In this document: positions 12,886 through 25,015 of the stretch, piece after piece
Position numbering within the stretch: the first letter of the stretch is position 1
How the letters are laid out: the number at the start of each line of letters is the position of its first letter
From: Klebsormidium nitens
Taxonomy: Eukaryota; Plantae; Klebsormidiophyceae
Direction of reading: 5' to 3'
Assembly: GCA_000708835.1 (NCBI GenBank)
Contig: DF237446.1
Location: 1 to 64,000, forward strand
DNA: 64,000 nucleotides
The notes under the pieces: generated by a model
Database searches by the model: none
Told to the model about the DNA's origin: nothing
Seen by the model: only the letters and a program-made list of their open reading frames with translations
Program-made: the position numbers and the translations under genes

Positions 12886-15060
12886 CTGCACAAACTAACA
12901 TCAAATAAACGACCCATTTTTGGATTTTGCAGGTTGATCACCGGGACTTGCAGAGGTTGCTGAACCCTCCCTGTAACGCATCTGTTCATAGCTTCTCAAA
13001 TGAGATTAGAAAGTCCCTACTCACAATTGGCGCCACGCGCGATTCAGAGCAGAGAACAGGGATAAAACACCTTATCATGATTGTTTGTAAAATCACTCTA
13101 GGCTGGATGAAAATAACACTCATATTACGGTATTTGCATGGGGCCTGAAGGTTGAATCAGTACATTGTGGGCATGAATCATAGTCACCACCATGCAGCGG
13201 CAACCAAATAAGTTGGTAATTTGCACTCCGTGCCATGGGGCAAAGTCTGAGGCCTCAGTCTTAAAGCAAGCACTTACACTTGTTGTGGACAGCGAATCAG
13301 GTGCGCCCTCCCGCTGGGACAGCAGGCCCGATGCGCCCTCCCATGGGGCGCGAGTGGCCACTTCCTCGGGCGTCTGCATTACACACAAACTTCTGACTCA
13401 AATCTGCAGCTTGTTCTGCAAACTCCAAAAGAAAGCAGATGTCAAGACAGTCTCCTGATGAAGCATCAAGTTCCAAATCTTGATAATCCACCCTTTGGAG
13501 CTGACAAAAAGTCATCCTACGTTGAGCACGCCAGTATCAACTGCGGCAACTCTCTGCTTGATACATCAATGTCAAGAGTGGTTCTGTTTTGGAGGCTGGA
13601 GTTTTCGAAATAGACGCAACTCGAACAATGCTGCTTCTATTGCATGTAGCTGTTCCCTTCATATGAAACCTGAAAGGACAAACGCATGCTTGTGCAGTAC
13701 AGCCTCATTCATCTGAATCATAGTGCCAGTCAGGAACCTCAATCTGCTATATAGCTTATTGGCATGGAAGTAGAGCTCTCTTAACAGCAACAGCAGCAAA
13801 TTGATATTTGGATATGTGGGTGGCTGCTATTTCAGTCTCTGAAATCAGGCCAGCCATCAACCTCTCCATTCATCATGCGAAATGGTACCGCATAGTTCTG
13901 TGCAACAAGATGAAGCATGCAGTTCCATGCCAAGGCATTGTACATATATCAAGGAAAAGAGCAGGACTGCAGACAACTTACCTCTAGCCCCAATTGAGAC
14001 AGCCAACCGAAGGCATACAACAGCTGCCCAGCCATCCAGCCTCCCCTTCCTCTGCGGTCAAGCTATGATTAACCTCTTGTCACGGCCACCTAGTTTCTGC
14101 TAATCTGAGAAGTCCGCCGGCAAACGGCCTTGATCTTGAGAGGTTTCCCTAGCTTGTAGAAGACCTCATTTTGCAAGCAAAAAGGCTCACAACGACATGC
14201 TTGAAGTGCTTGGAACGGAGGATCTGGAGGATGGCCAAACCAAATGCCAAATTAATCATCCAATGGCAAATATTTGACTCGACTCAGCAGAAATTGTTGA
14301 AGAGTTATAATATAAGTGACATAGGGGGATGGTGAGCACTGAGTACCCAGCCAAAGGTTGCAATGAAAGAGAACTGACGCATCTGGGAATCGACCGCCAG
14401 TTTCTCTGCCGACGAATCCGACATATACAAAAAAGAGATTGTGATATCGACGGTGTACAATACATGAGATTGATCCCCTTTTTTCCATCGACGGTGTAAA
14501 TCAGGTACAATTCCGTCAGAGTAAACAAGCACGAATCACAGTACCTAAATCGACTCGGTCAGAGAAAACCGAGCCTCCAAGCGGTCAAAAGTGAGCGGCA
14601 AGTGCACACGGTCACATTGAACCGACTCATGTCACAGTATTAAACCGACTCGGTCACAGTTAACTGAGCCGCCATGAGTACGAAAGTGAGCGGTGAGTGT
14701 ACACTCAAACAGTGCTACAGCATATATGAGCAAAGCCTCAGTGTGAAAATGCGCAAGAGTGTGCTTATTGAAACCTTTGAGTGTGAGACGATTATTCTAG
14801 TGTGAGTGCCTGTTTACACCTTTTGAAACGCATTAGGCTCGTTGCGACCTGAGTGTCCATCATTGGCATCAATCGTCGGACGTCTTCCAAGTTCCGATCC
14901 ACGGTTCTCGAATTTTTCCAGGATGAGTCTCGACTCTCAATGGTTTTAATCGATCTGCTAGTGCAGATCGCGGCGCGCGACCGTCGAGCATAATTCTCAG
15001 GAAAGAATCAAGATAATATTAAGCCAAGATATTGTAATAGTAAGCTCCGACTATCACTAA

Positions 15061-15069
15061 AAACCCTAA
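15061..15069 (+). promoter_or_regulatory. Telo-box-like motif AAACCCTAA
   Basis: Exact AAACCCTAA in intergenic DNA just upstream of a GC-rich patch (15300-15360). Function not shown. Confidence 0.3.
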
Positions 15070-16928
15070 CCCAAAAAGATGCCTGCTCCGCACCCGTATC
15101 CACCCTGTTCACCATACTAACCCCACCCGTTCCAGTGCGGTTACCTTACTATTATCTCGGCTTATCCGGAAGCACGCTTTTGCTTGCATAATATTCGGCG
15201 AACTGAGGGCGGCATATCCACGCTCCGTCGTCGCTGTGTGACGTCATGTGGGCCTGGACGCCATCCGACGATTTGCAATGGCAGCCACGGTATAGGGGGA
15301 GTTCCCACGCGGCGGGCCGGGCCGGGCGGCCGCGCACGGCCTCGCAAGCAGTCGGCCGCCAACTTCCCCAGTACCATTCGCTGTATTAAGTATCGATCAT
15401 AGCGCGATTGGCTAGCTGGCCAGTTGACTCGAGTCGATCAGGATGATGCTCAGATGTGCGGGATGTTGCCACAGTACGGCGGCCACTAGAACATCTATCC
15501 GGAAGCATGGTCAAGTGGATGAAAGGCTCATGTTGCTTGCACGACCCCATGGATTGTTGTAGATGGGCTCCGCTCGCTTTAGTGTCTCTGCACGATCTCT
15601 CGGCAAGGAGATTCAATCAGCATTCGTGTCGTGCTAGGCACCGTCCGGCCGGGGACCTGCATGCTGCACTTGTGTTGCTTGCATGGCAGTGACCGCAGGC
15701 AGGCTAGCCGGACCGGCCATAATGCGATAGGCATGCCTGATCCAGGTTCAACCGTATGGAAACACATTCTCGACACGTACTTTACAAATGATGGGCTGAC
15801 GCATGAAGTGTCAGACTCATTGCACCTCAAAAGTGCATTCCTGATGTGCACTTTGCTGCACGAGGAGAACTCGATCACACTCTGGGGGCTTCATGTTTGG
15901 TGTGAGACAAGGACTTTGGACACACCATATGTGGCACCATCAAGATCGATAGACCTATCTATGGACCTACCCCTAACGGTACCTTGCAACCCAAAGTGGA
16001 GGTTTGCACCTTGTACATGATTGTCCTAGATAAAATACACAACACCTTATTTCAGACCGGGACAATCTGCGTGCGTCATCAGTCCCGCTCAAGCACCTCA
16101 CCTGCGCTCTGGGAAGTCGGAATCGGTTCTACCGCTTTCTGCAAAACCTCGAAAGCCTCGAAGCTGCTGGTACCGTTCGACAATGTGCTATTTCTAGCGT
16201 GCAACTCGACCGCGAGCATCACTTCGTCCTCTATCCTCTCTATCTCTTGACCGGGGTCGATCAACGGGTCTTCGGGACTCCCAGTTCTTACCTTCGCCCG
16301 CTCTTCGATAACTGGCTCCGGCGAAACGGGAGGAGACGCGGGGTGAAACTGCATACACGCTGGCGAACGAGAATGGCGGTATATACTCTGCCCGTCCTTG
16401 CGGGCAGTTTGCCCGAGGGAGCCCCTCACACTGTCGCCCACCTACAAGCGAGGCATGAGATATAAGAAAACGGACAGAAAACTTGCTCTGTAAAACAGGC
16501 GCTTTGGGAACCTCAAGACAGAAAGATATGTTAGAAGAAACGCGGGTCCAAGTGAGTCTTCTGGGGAGCGTCCATGCAACAGCCGTCATGGGCTTCGGAG
16601 ATGCCAGCACAGTGTGCGCTGCTTTAATCGTGCACGCTTCGGAGGTCGGTACACACCTCTGAATAAAGGCAGTAATCATCATAAGCAACAAGAATACTGC
16701 CAGCAGCCGTCAAACAACGACTTGCACCGCTGCTAACTCGATTACAGGTCCTGAAACCACCTTGTTTACATGCACGGTGCCAGTCACGGGGCAAGCAAAT
16801 ATCCGCCAGCGCCGCTGCCAGCTGGCACCCGTTGCAACACGAGCTCGGTCCTTGACCGCTCATGAAACGCAAAAGCTGACCTCGACTTGGAATTACTTTT
16901 ACCCAGACGTTTGTTTAACCCAAGTGTT

Positions 16929-19900
16929 TTAACCCACCTTGTTCGCAAACACGTGCCACTCCACGTCCTTATGGTCCGCGAGCGCCGCCGCCAGCTGGCG
17001 CTTGTCGGGCCGCAGCGTCGGGAGCTTGCCCCGACCGTGGAACATGCGCATGCCGGTCACGAGCGATGACAGCTGGCTGCCCGGGTCGGTCATCGCAAAC
17101 AGGTCGGCCGCGGAAGCTACGATGAAGTCGAGCGCCGCCAGCTGGACGGCCAGGATGCATTTGCTTTGGTAAAAAATGCTGACCAGTGCAACTTTCAGTA
17201 CGAAAGTACCCGTGATAAGCAACCGGAGGCATCCATGACATGCAACCAGGATCAGTACGCAACCCGCGATAAGTAGGCAAAAGACGGGTAATTTAGCGCG
17301 GGGTTAGGGTGGATAGGGGTGCGGAACCTGTTGTACATCTGGTTAAAATCTTCGCGCAGGGTTTGGAGAATATTGTCAGTCCAGGGGGCGGAAAACTCCT
17401 GTGTCCTCGAATGGAAGCCGCTCTCGAAGAAAGCTTAATATACCAGTATAACTTGTTTACCGTCTGTAGCGTTACTCGTTGTCTGTGCTGTGGAGCTCCC
17501 ACGGTGACGGACGGTTTTTGGCGCTCGTCCCCTCATTTATCCGGTTCTGCTTCCTTTCGATCTTCGTGGCTTCAGTCTCGTTCTTTTCTGAAACTTCATA
17601 ACCAGGAAACAGGCAGCACAAGGAAGGAAAGGTGGCCTGAAAAGATTCGTCTTACAAGTTGAAGAATGGTAGGAACGGGCAGAGTTCGGTACCGCTTTCT
17701 GGCCCACCTTGGCTCGAGAACCGGTGAACGGCGCCAACTCCTCCGGACTGGCTAGCTGTTCCTTAGTCACGAAATAGGGGTACAACCCCCTAAGCGGAAC
17801 CAGTCTGTCGGCGCCCCCCCAGACCTCCGCGGTGGTCAGGTAGATGCGGGTGCGCCTTTTCACACCAAGCGCCGCCAGCATGAGGACAGCCTCCTCCGGG
17901 GTGAGTGGACATTGGCCCGTCTTGCGCTGGGTCTTGGGGTCGGGCGCCCTGGAAAGAAGATGCGAAAACGACTGACGTCAGCAAGCCGGAGCCTTGTGGG
18001 GCCGGAGAAAACAGCTTCTCGCTGACGTCAGCCCGGGTATCACCTGGAGTCCTCGGCTTGGACAAGGCGTATGCGTCTAGAGTCATTCCGATAATTTAAA
18101 AACAGCCAGAAATGGAGTCAAGCAGAACGCACTGAATCAGGACCTTACTTATGGGCTCTTTCAGCGCAGGAGCTGTGATGGCTGCGTAAAGGAGAGACTG
18201 AGTAGCTTATTTGATAGGTACGTCGGCCCAGTAAGAAGTGGTGCCTCGACGACGCGACAATGGTTTTGGGAGAGACCAGGCGGGACCGTCCGTGGTATCG
18301 CTTCTGGAAGTATCAGTGACAAAACAATCCTTTCAGGATGAGTGCATGATTCCAACTTGTCTCTCCGTGCGAGCAATGGCCAGGCATCGGCTATCAATGT
18401 AGACTCAACCTTTCACAACGAATTTTTTCCTTCAACATTGGGTAACGTATCGACCTTCGAACGCTGACCCCGTCACTTCGATATTAGTGAAGGTAAACAA
18501 CACCACCGAGACGCTTGAGTTCAGCACAATCTAAGAGACTCAGTTGCGTGACGACTCACTTGCCGTTCCGCTCCCACCGCGCAAGCGCCTCAAACTGCGC
18601 CTCCCTCAGTCGCCTCAGCTCTTTCCTTTCTTCCTCCCCGCCCCCAAAATCGCACATCGAAAACGCCGCCAATTTCGCCGGAAAGTTCGCATGCAGCGCC
18701 ACAAACCGCACCGGCCACCGCTCCTCTTCCTCGTACCGACTCCGCTCGACATCCACCGACACCCCTAGCCGTTCCCCGGGTTTCCCGGACCCCGCCCTGC
18801 GCCCGGGTTTCTCGGGATCGGCCACCGTGATCTCCTCCCCGACCGCCGGCGCGACACGTGTCCTCTCCGCGAGCCCCTTGGTGTCGTCACCAAGAACTAG
18901 AGCGGTCTCGACATGCACGACCTCCATTCCCTCGTCCCTCTCCAACACCGTGAGGGTTTCGTCTTTCCCGAGCTCGCGCCCCGGGCGCGCGCCGGCGCGC
19001 GCGCTCTGCTCCTGCTGCTTCCGTTTCCGCTCGTCGCGGAGCCGCTGGTTCCGCATGTACCGCTGCACCGCCTCCGGCAGATGGCTGATGTCATCATCCG
19101 CGCCCACGTCCTCTGCTAGCAGCCGGCGTTTTCCGCCACCCCTAGTTCCCACCAAAACCTCTTCGTCCCTACTTTCTACTGGCCTTCCCCTGCTTCCAGT
19201 ATTCCACACAGACTCCGTGCCACTGCTCTCTTCCACATTCGCCCCGCTCGTTGTTTCCAACGCGTTTCCGCCACCCCAAGTTCCTTCTACAGCTACCCCG
19301 CTTTTAAGTTGTCCTTTGCCCCTACTTTCTACCGCACCTTCTAGCAAACCTATTATACCGTTGTTCCTATCTACTTCGGGGTCTTCCACGAGACTCTCTT
19401 GTTGGTCGTCTCTTTCCAGGGACGTAGTCCGCCCCGCCATTTGCGCCCCCAACCTCTTTACCCCCTCTTCCGTTTGCAACACGCGCCTTCGAGGGCGTTT
19501 CTCCGCCCCGAAAGCAACCCCCACTAACTCGTTTGATGTAACTGACTCCGAAGAGTCAGCTTGACTAGTCTTCCTACTCCTATACGAGTTGTATTCTGAG
19601 CTACTCGAGCGCATCCGGTCGATCAGAAGGCGACCCATGGCCTGGATACGCGGCTGGAAGCGTAGCGCATGAAAGTTCACGCGGCACCTTAGTTTCTGCA
19701 ATGACAAGAGGCTGGTTTTAGGTAACCCGCTTCCCTTCAAAAAGCCAAAGGTTACGAACTCGGAGGCAGGTGCTTTGTCTTTCGAGAGTCGTTTGAAAGT
19801 ACTTGCTGGTAAGCTGACCCTTGGACCTGTTTAGAAACAAATATTCCTTCCAGTCCTGCAAGTAAATTCCATGACAACTTCGTTTCATGGCAACACGTCG

Positions 19901-22900
19901 AGGCATTTTGTTGAGGCATTTTGGAACAAGATAAAGGAAACGCCTTCATAGGCCGTCCACACCAGACCCAATTGGCACCAAAAGCGAGGAATACAACGTG
20001 CGCGAAACTTCGCACTGGCAGTCGGGATATCCCCGGCGGTAAGTAATGTCGCACATCCTCAAAAAGTGTTCTCTATACCTGGATTTCTGGAGGGATGGGG
20101 TCGAAGGCCAGTCGGTTGACGAACTGCCTCAGGTGGACCACGCGGTTGGTCCGGAGCACGGGCAGCAGCGTCTCTTCGTACAGCCGCAGGGGGGCCTCCC
20201 GAGGAAAGTCGGAGTCGTCGAACTGGGGGGGAAGATAGGGCGGGGTTCAAGATTGGGTTAAGGGGACATATGTATGTAGGAGGTGTCGCTTTGAAGTCAG
20301 AGATCGCTTCAGGGTTGATCTAAGTATGGGCGGTAGAAAAGACCTCTTTGTACGGCTTCAGGGGGGCTTCCAAAAGGATGAAGTCGGAGTCGAGGATTGG
20401 GAAAGGGTCGCAAAGGGTTGAGTTTGGGATTAACAAGCTGCGGGGAGGTAAGACGCGATAAAGTTGAGACTGGGCCGTTCAGTGTTAGCATGGATACAAG
20501 TGTTGGTCGCACCGTCTCCTTGTGCAACCGCAAGAAAAAGAGTTGCCTGAGGAACCTGAACCAAAGCAGATGTTCAAAAGTAGGGCAGTTTGACGGATGG
20601 ACAAAGAGATGCCTAAACCAGCCTTGTGGAGTGAAGGAGGAATACCCGGCTACGGGGAAGGTTGCGCACCGAAGTGGGAATCCAGGATGATCGCGAAGAT
20701 GTAAGCGAAGATCCAACCCTTTGTGGTAAAGAGACAAAAGGACGCGACGCTCACAACGCTGCCTGTATTTGCCAGGTTCAGCTCGGACAGCTCGGAGGGC
20801 AGTCGGTCCACGATTCGTACGTCTGGTCGGAGGTACTCCTTGAAGTGATCCGCGCTGAAGATGTCCTCAAACTGGCTGCAAGAAAAGGGACAGAACAGTA
20901 AAGATACTGAAGGCCAGTGAAGATACTGAACCCGCAATATGGAAAGCGCAGGTTCTGACACATTTAGTGAGTGCTCTCGGCTGAGTCAAAGTGGTTGCGG
21001 GGAAGGGGAGAGTGAGGGGCAGCTTCGGGGTGTAATCCGAAATTTCGAAGCAGCAATCAACATGCAAGTATTCCCAGATTGGCAGACAGTACACAATTTG
21101 ATAATTTGCGAATGAGGCGAGATCGTCGGCAAGCTCAGCAAACGGTCAGAAAGGGCACGCTTGTTCGGAAAGTTTGCGCTTTTACCTGCCGTCAGCAACG
21201 CCGTTCTGCGGAATGAACTCCGGGAGTACGAGCGTCAGGTTGAGATGGCGGGCGAGAGCAACGGCGTTACAGACCTGCGGAGAAAGCGCTGCGATTGGTT
21301 ACTGGACGGTTGCTACAAGATTAAAATTTGGGCATCAACACTGCTCAACCATTCTAACATTGACACTGCTCACAACTGGGTCACTGCAGATAAGAGTCAT
21401 CGAAGAATTGCAAGTTTTATCTATCCACGCCAAATGAAAAGACGATTCTGAACTACGGCATGAGAGTGTCCGACTGCGATCGAACGGCTGAGATCCTTCC
21501 CTTCGTAGACGATGACATGTCGCAAAACCCGAGGTCAACGTAGGAGCGATCACGGGGGAAAGAAAACGGCAGACATTAAGACCTCGCATTTTTACGCTCT
21601 GACCCGTTTCGTCGTAGGAAGACGTCCCAATTACCGTAAGGGCTCCTCCTTCAAGACAAACTCATTGATCTTTGACGCCGAGGTACAACGGCCAGAATAC
21701 TCCGTAACAAGACCCTCACCGCCACTCGTTGCTGGTTGATTCCCCCTTCCACGCTGACCAGAAGATACCCGTTCGACTCCCCCTCTAGCGGGGGCGGCAC
21801 CCAGTTCCGCCCCCTCTGGTCCGCGCAGATCTCCCACGTGCCATTCGCGGGTGTCTCGGCCCACGGACCGTGAGCGTCGGGCTTCCATTCCAACTGCAGG
21901 ACAACGATGAACGGTTAGTTTTGGGGAACGAATAGATATCCTGCTTTCCTGTGCGTCCTGACCTGAGCTCATCAACCGCTTACGCATCCTGGATCTGCTG
22001 CACAGCAGACCTGCTTTTGCAACCGTTTTTTAAGCATTTATGACCTGAAAACTTGCAAGCGACGACGTTTTACCCATAGTGTTGCCACGAAAAGGCTTAT
22101 AGACAAGCCAGTGAAGAAGCGTCTCCTTAGATGAAATCAACTGAGACAACAACACATCAGGCACCCCCCTCTGGCATTCCCCGCCAGATCTGCTCAGCGC
22201 ACCGTAAAAATTGACTGTTACGACCGATCTCAGCCAACGACGATGTATTCACTCAAACGAGTCAGCACAACCACAATAGAACCACGAATGCACAATGCAT
22301 GAACGAGGTTCTGCAGCCCCACTTGCTCCTCAGACAACTTACCTCAGCCAACGAGTGCGCCGCCATCGCCAGCAGCCGCTCATACATCAGCCGCGCTCTA
22401 GTTCGTTTTTGCACCCGCCTATCTCGTTGCAGCTGCTTCTCTTCCGCCGGGACGTAACACGCCAACGACCCCCCTTCCGAGTTCCTCACGCACTGCACAG
22501 GGGGGTCATTTGACACGCCCCCGAACCCCTCCCGGAGGTTTGCGGCCATCGTTTCGAGCTGCGGGCCGACTTTCGTTACCGCCCAAAAATGGGTTAGCAG
22601 CGAGGTTAGCATTAACAGCACGGCGAACAACCCCAGAACGGTGGTTAGCCGCCAGCGACCCTTCCGAAGCTTCCCGGCCGACGCGACTTTTCTCGCCTCT
22701 GTCGTTTTCGGGGAGAAATCAGCGCCATCGGAAAAGTCGAGCGTATGCGAACCTGGAGTTTTCGGCCAGTTACTCCGAACTCCGGGGGGCGTAAGCTTGA
22801 CCTTGAGCATGGACTCGGCGGAACCCCCCCTCAGGAGACGGTTCGGGCTAGGAAAACTGGACCTCCTTCCTCCTTCCTCTGGAGAAATGTCCTCCGTCGC

Positions 22901-23941
22901 TGCGCGGAAATCATTCTCCGACCACGAATTCTTGCGGCTTTTGAGGCGGCTGGCGGGAACGTACTGCGAATCGGGAGTGCCAGATGGCGAGCTGCTATTG
23001 GCCGCGCTCCGCAGGATGGGGCTCAAGCTTGGGGCGGCACTGGCCGCCCTCCGGAGGGGGGTGGTGGCACCTGGCGTCGCGGCCCCCCCAGAAGGGGGGC
23101 TTTCCGAGAAGCTGGACCGCCGCGTGCGAGACTGTGGGGAAGGGTGAAGCCGCCGGGGGGGGTTGGTCATGGAGGGATCCCAAGAGTGCCGCCGCCCCCT
23201 GGAAGCGATCCCTTCATCCCCCGCTTCTTCCAGTTCCTTTTCCTCGGGAACGATCTCGAAGGAGAGCGTTCGCACCGAGTCGCGGGTGCCCGAGAGTTGG
23301 CCCCCGGAATTTTGCCGCAGGGGGGGGGTCTGCGGCGGGAGGGGTGGTTTCCGCAGGTTTGGGGTGTCGGAACCAAACGGGCTGGCGCTGCGGAGGGGCG
23401 TTCGGTGAGGGGGCGTAACTCCGTCGGGATTGCTCGGGAATGCGGGGATTGACAAGGTCGGAGGTGGGGGCAAGCCGGGAGCAAACCGTTGGGTGGTGAC
23501 ATGTGGCGAGAACGAGAGTGTGCGTTGAGGGTTCAGCTCAGGAGTGCGCGCAGTGTCTTGCGGGTGGTTCAAAGTTTGCCCTCCGGTCCGAGAGTTGAGA
23601 ACGGACGGCGGGTTGTTAGCCGCTGACGTCATCAGAGGAGACCGACCCTCGCCATTAGAGTTGATGGACTCGGCAATGCTAGCGCCTTGGTGCGAACAGG
23701 CCCTTTCGCTCGGAGGTGGGAATTGCCCACCTGGGAAAGCAGGATTTGGCGTGAGAAGGATCCCTCCAGCGTTCTGCCGTATTTGACTGAACCCAGGGCT
23801 TGCAAACTCAATTTGCGCCCCGCTCGGTTGAAATGCAAAGTCAGCTTGGGATGCTGCTGCTGCTGAAGGTTCCGCCTGGCGCTGCAGGTTCTCCCGGTCA
23901 TCGTGTAGGGAACGACCCTCCTCTAGTTCCTTGTCCGCCAT
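16929..23941 (-). CDS. O-fucosyltransferase family (GT106/DUF246) type II membrane protein; at least 8 exons, 3' end uncertain
   Basis: Exons 23941-22343, 21893-21720, 21274-21186, 20875-20755, 20222-20079, 19695-18560, 17948-17708 and 17141-16938 are phase-consistent. Motifs: TM helix, [99 protein letters not shown]. Confidence 0.9.
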
Positions 23942-25015
23942 GGCTGATGGCCGTAACCACTGAAGCTGCCGGTAGGGCCTGCAAGATGTGTACAAAACCT
24001 GCCGATGAATGGTGGCGGATTGCTGTTCTCATATACTTCAAGTTGGCGGCTTGATCGGTTTGTCACTGCACCGCCAATGGCATCCAAAGCGCAAGACTGA
24101 AGAGTGTTCTGATAAAGACAATAACTCACTTTAACTTCAACATCAATTGGAGTATCGATCAGAGTGCCGCCATACAATCTAGCATGGCTGGAATTTTTGC
24201 TTTCAATCTATCTTCTCGGCAGCCTTCATAAGGGCTCATCTCTTACCACTCTCAATCCAGACCGTGCCGGCGGAGTGCGCCCCTCCAGCTCATCTCGAAA
24301 GGCTTTTCCACAATGCAGTGAGGTGCAAAATTGCTTCATCCATTGATGATGGCCTCTTGTCAACAACACTCCAATCAACCTGGAGGGCCGCGGCGTAGAG
24401 AGGGACTCAAGGAGGTGAGCAAAAGGAGGACACCATGCCTGCAGCCAAGCGTTGAGCAAGAACGGAGCTGGAGAGCGGGCTGGAGTCTGGAGAATGACCT
24501 TTCCAAGAGTTGATCAATTCAGGGTCTAGCTTCCGCATGCAGAATTAAACTCGAAGAAGATTATCTACTTCTGTTGGAATTTGAGTGCCTTTTAATATCT
24601 TAGCATATACAGTCTTAATATCCCTTCTCTTTTGCAAACCAGTATTGAACTGGACGATCATTAACGTGCATTATAACTGTGTATATTCGCTTGGCTTACC
24701 AACAAAGTTCCAGGCTTATATCAGTATGTGCAGAAGAGAAATAAATCGACTTGCTGCTCACACTCGGCAGTCAGATGTACAGGAGATTGGAACGAAGGCC
24801 CAATCCTAGAAGGCGCTTGAATTTGTAGAGAGAGGGAGCCAGGCCAGCAGCATTGAGAGGTTGAGACGCGAGCAAACATTGCTCAGCAGCTAGCACAACG
24901 ACTAACCAGCTGCCACCAGCTGCTTCTGTTGCACCACCTTCAGGTATATTACTTCGTAGTTTCTCCTTTGAGAAGTTTTGTCAAGCATTCGCAATACCTA
25001 GGATATAGTGGCACA

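Noticed and set aside
15579-16691. Possible retroelement or separate gene (ORFs 15631-16020, 16079-16441, 16199-16465)
   Set aside because: No RT, integrase, transposase or other recognisable motif. Part may be unresolved 3' exons or UTR of the O-FucT gene.
22295-24054. Plus-strand ORFs opposite O-FucT exon 1 (and 18515-19564 opposite exon 6)
   Set aside because: Antisense shadows of real coding exons.
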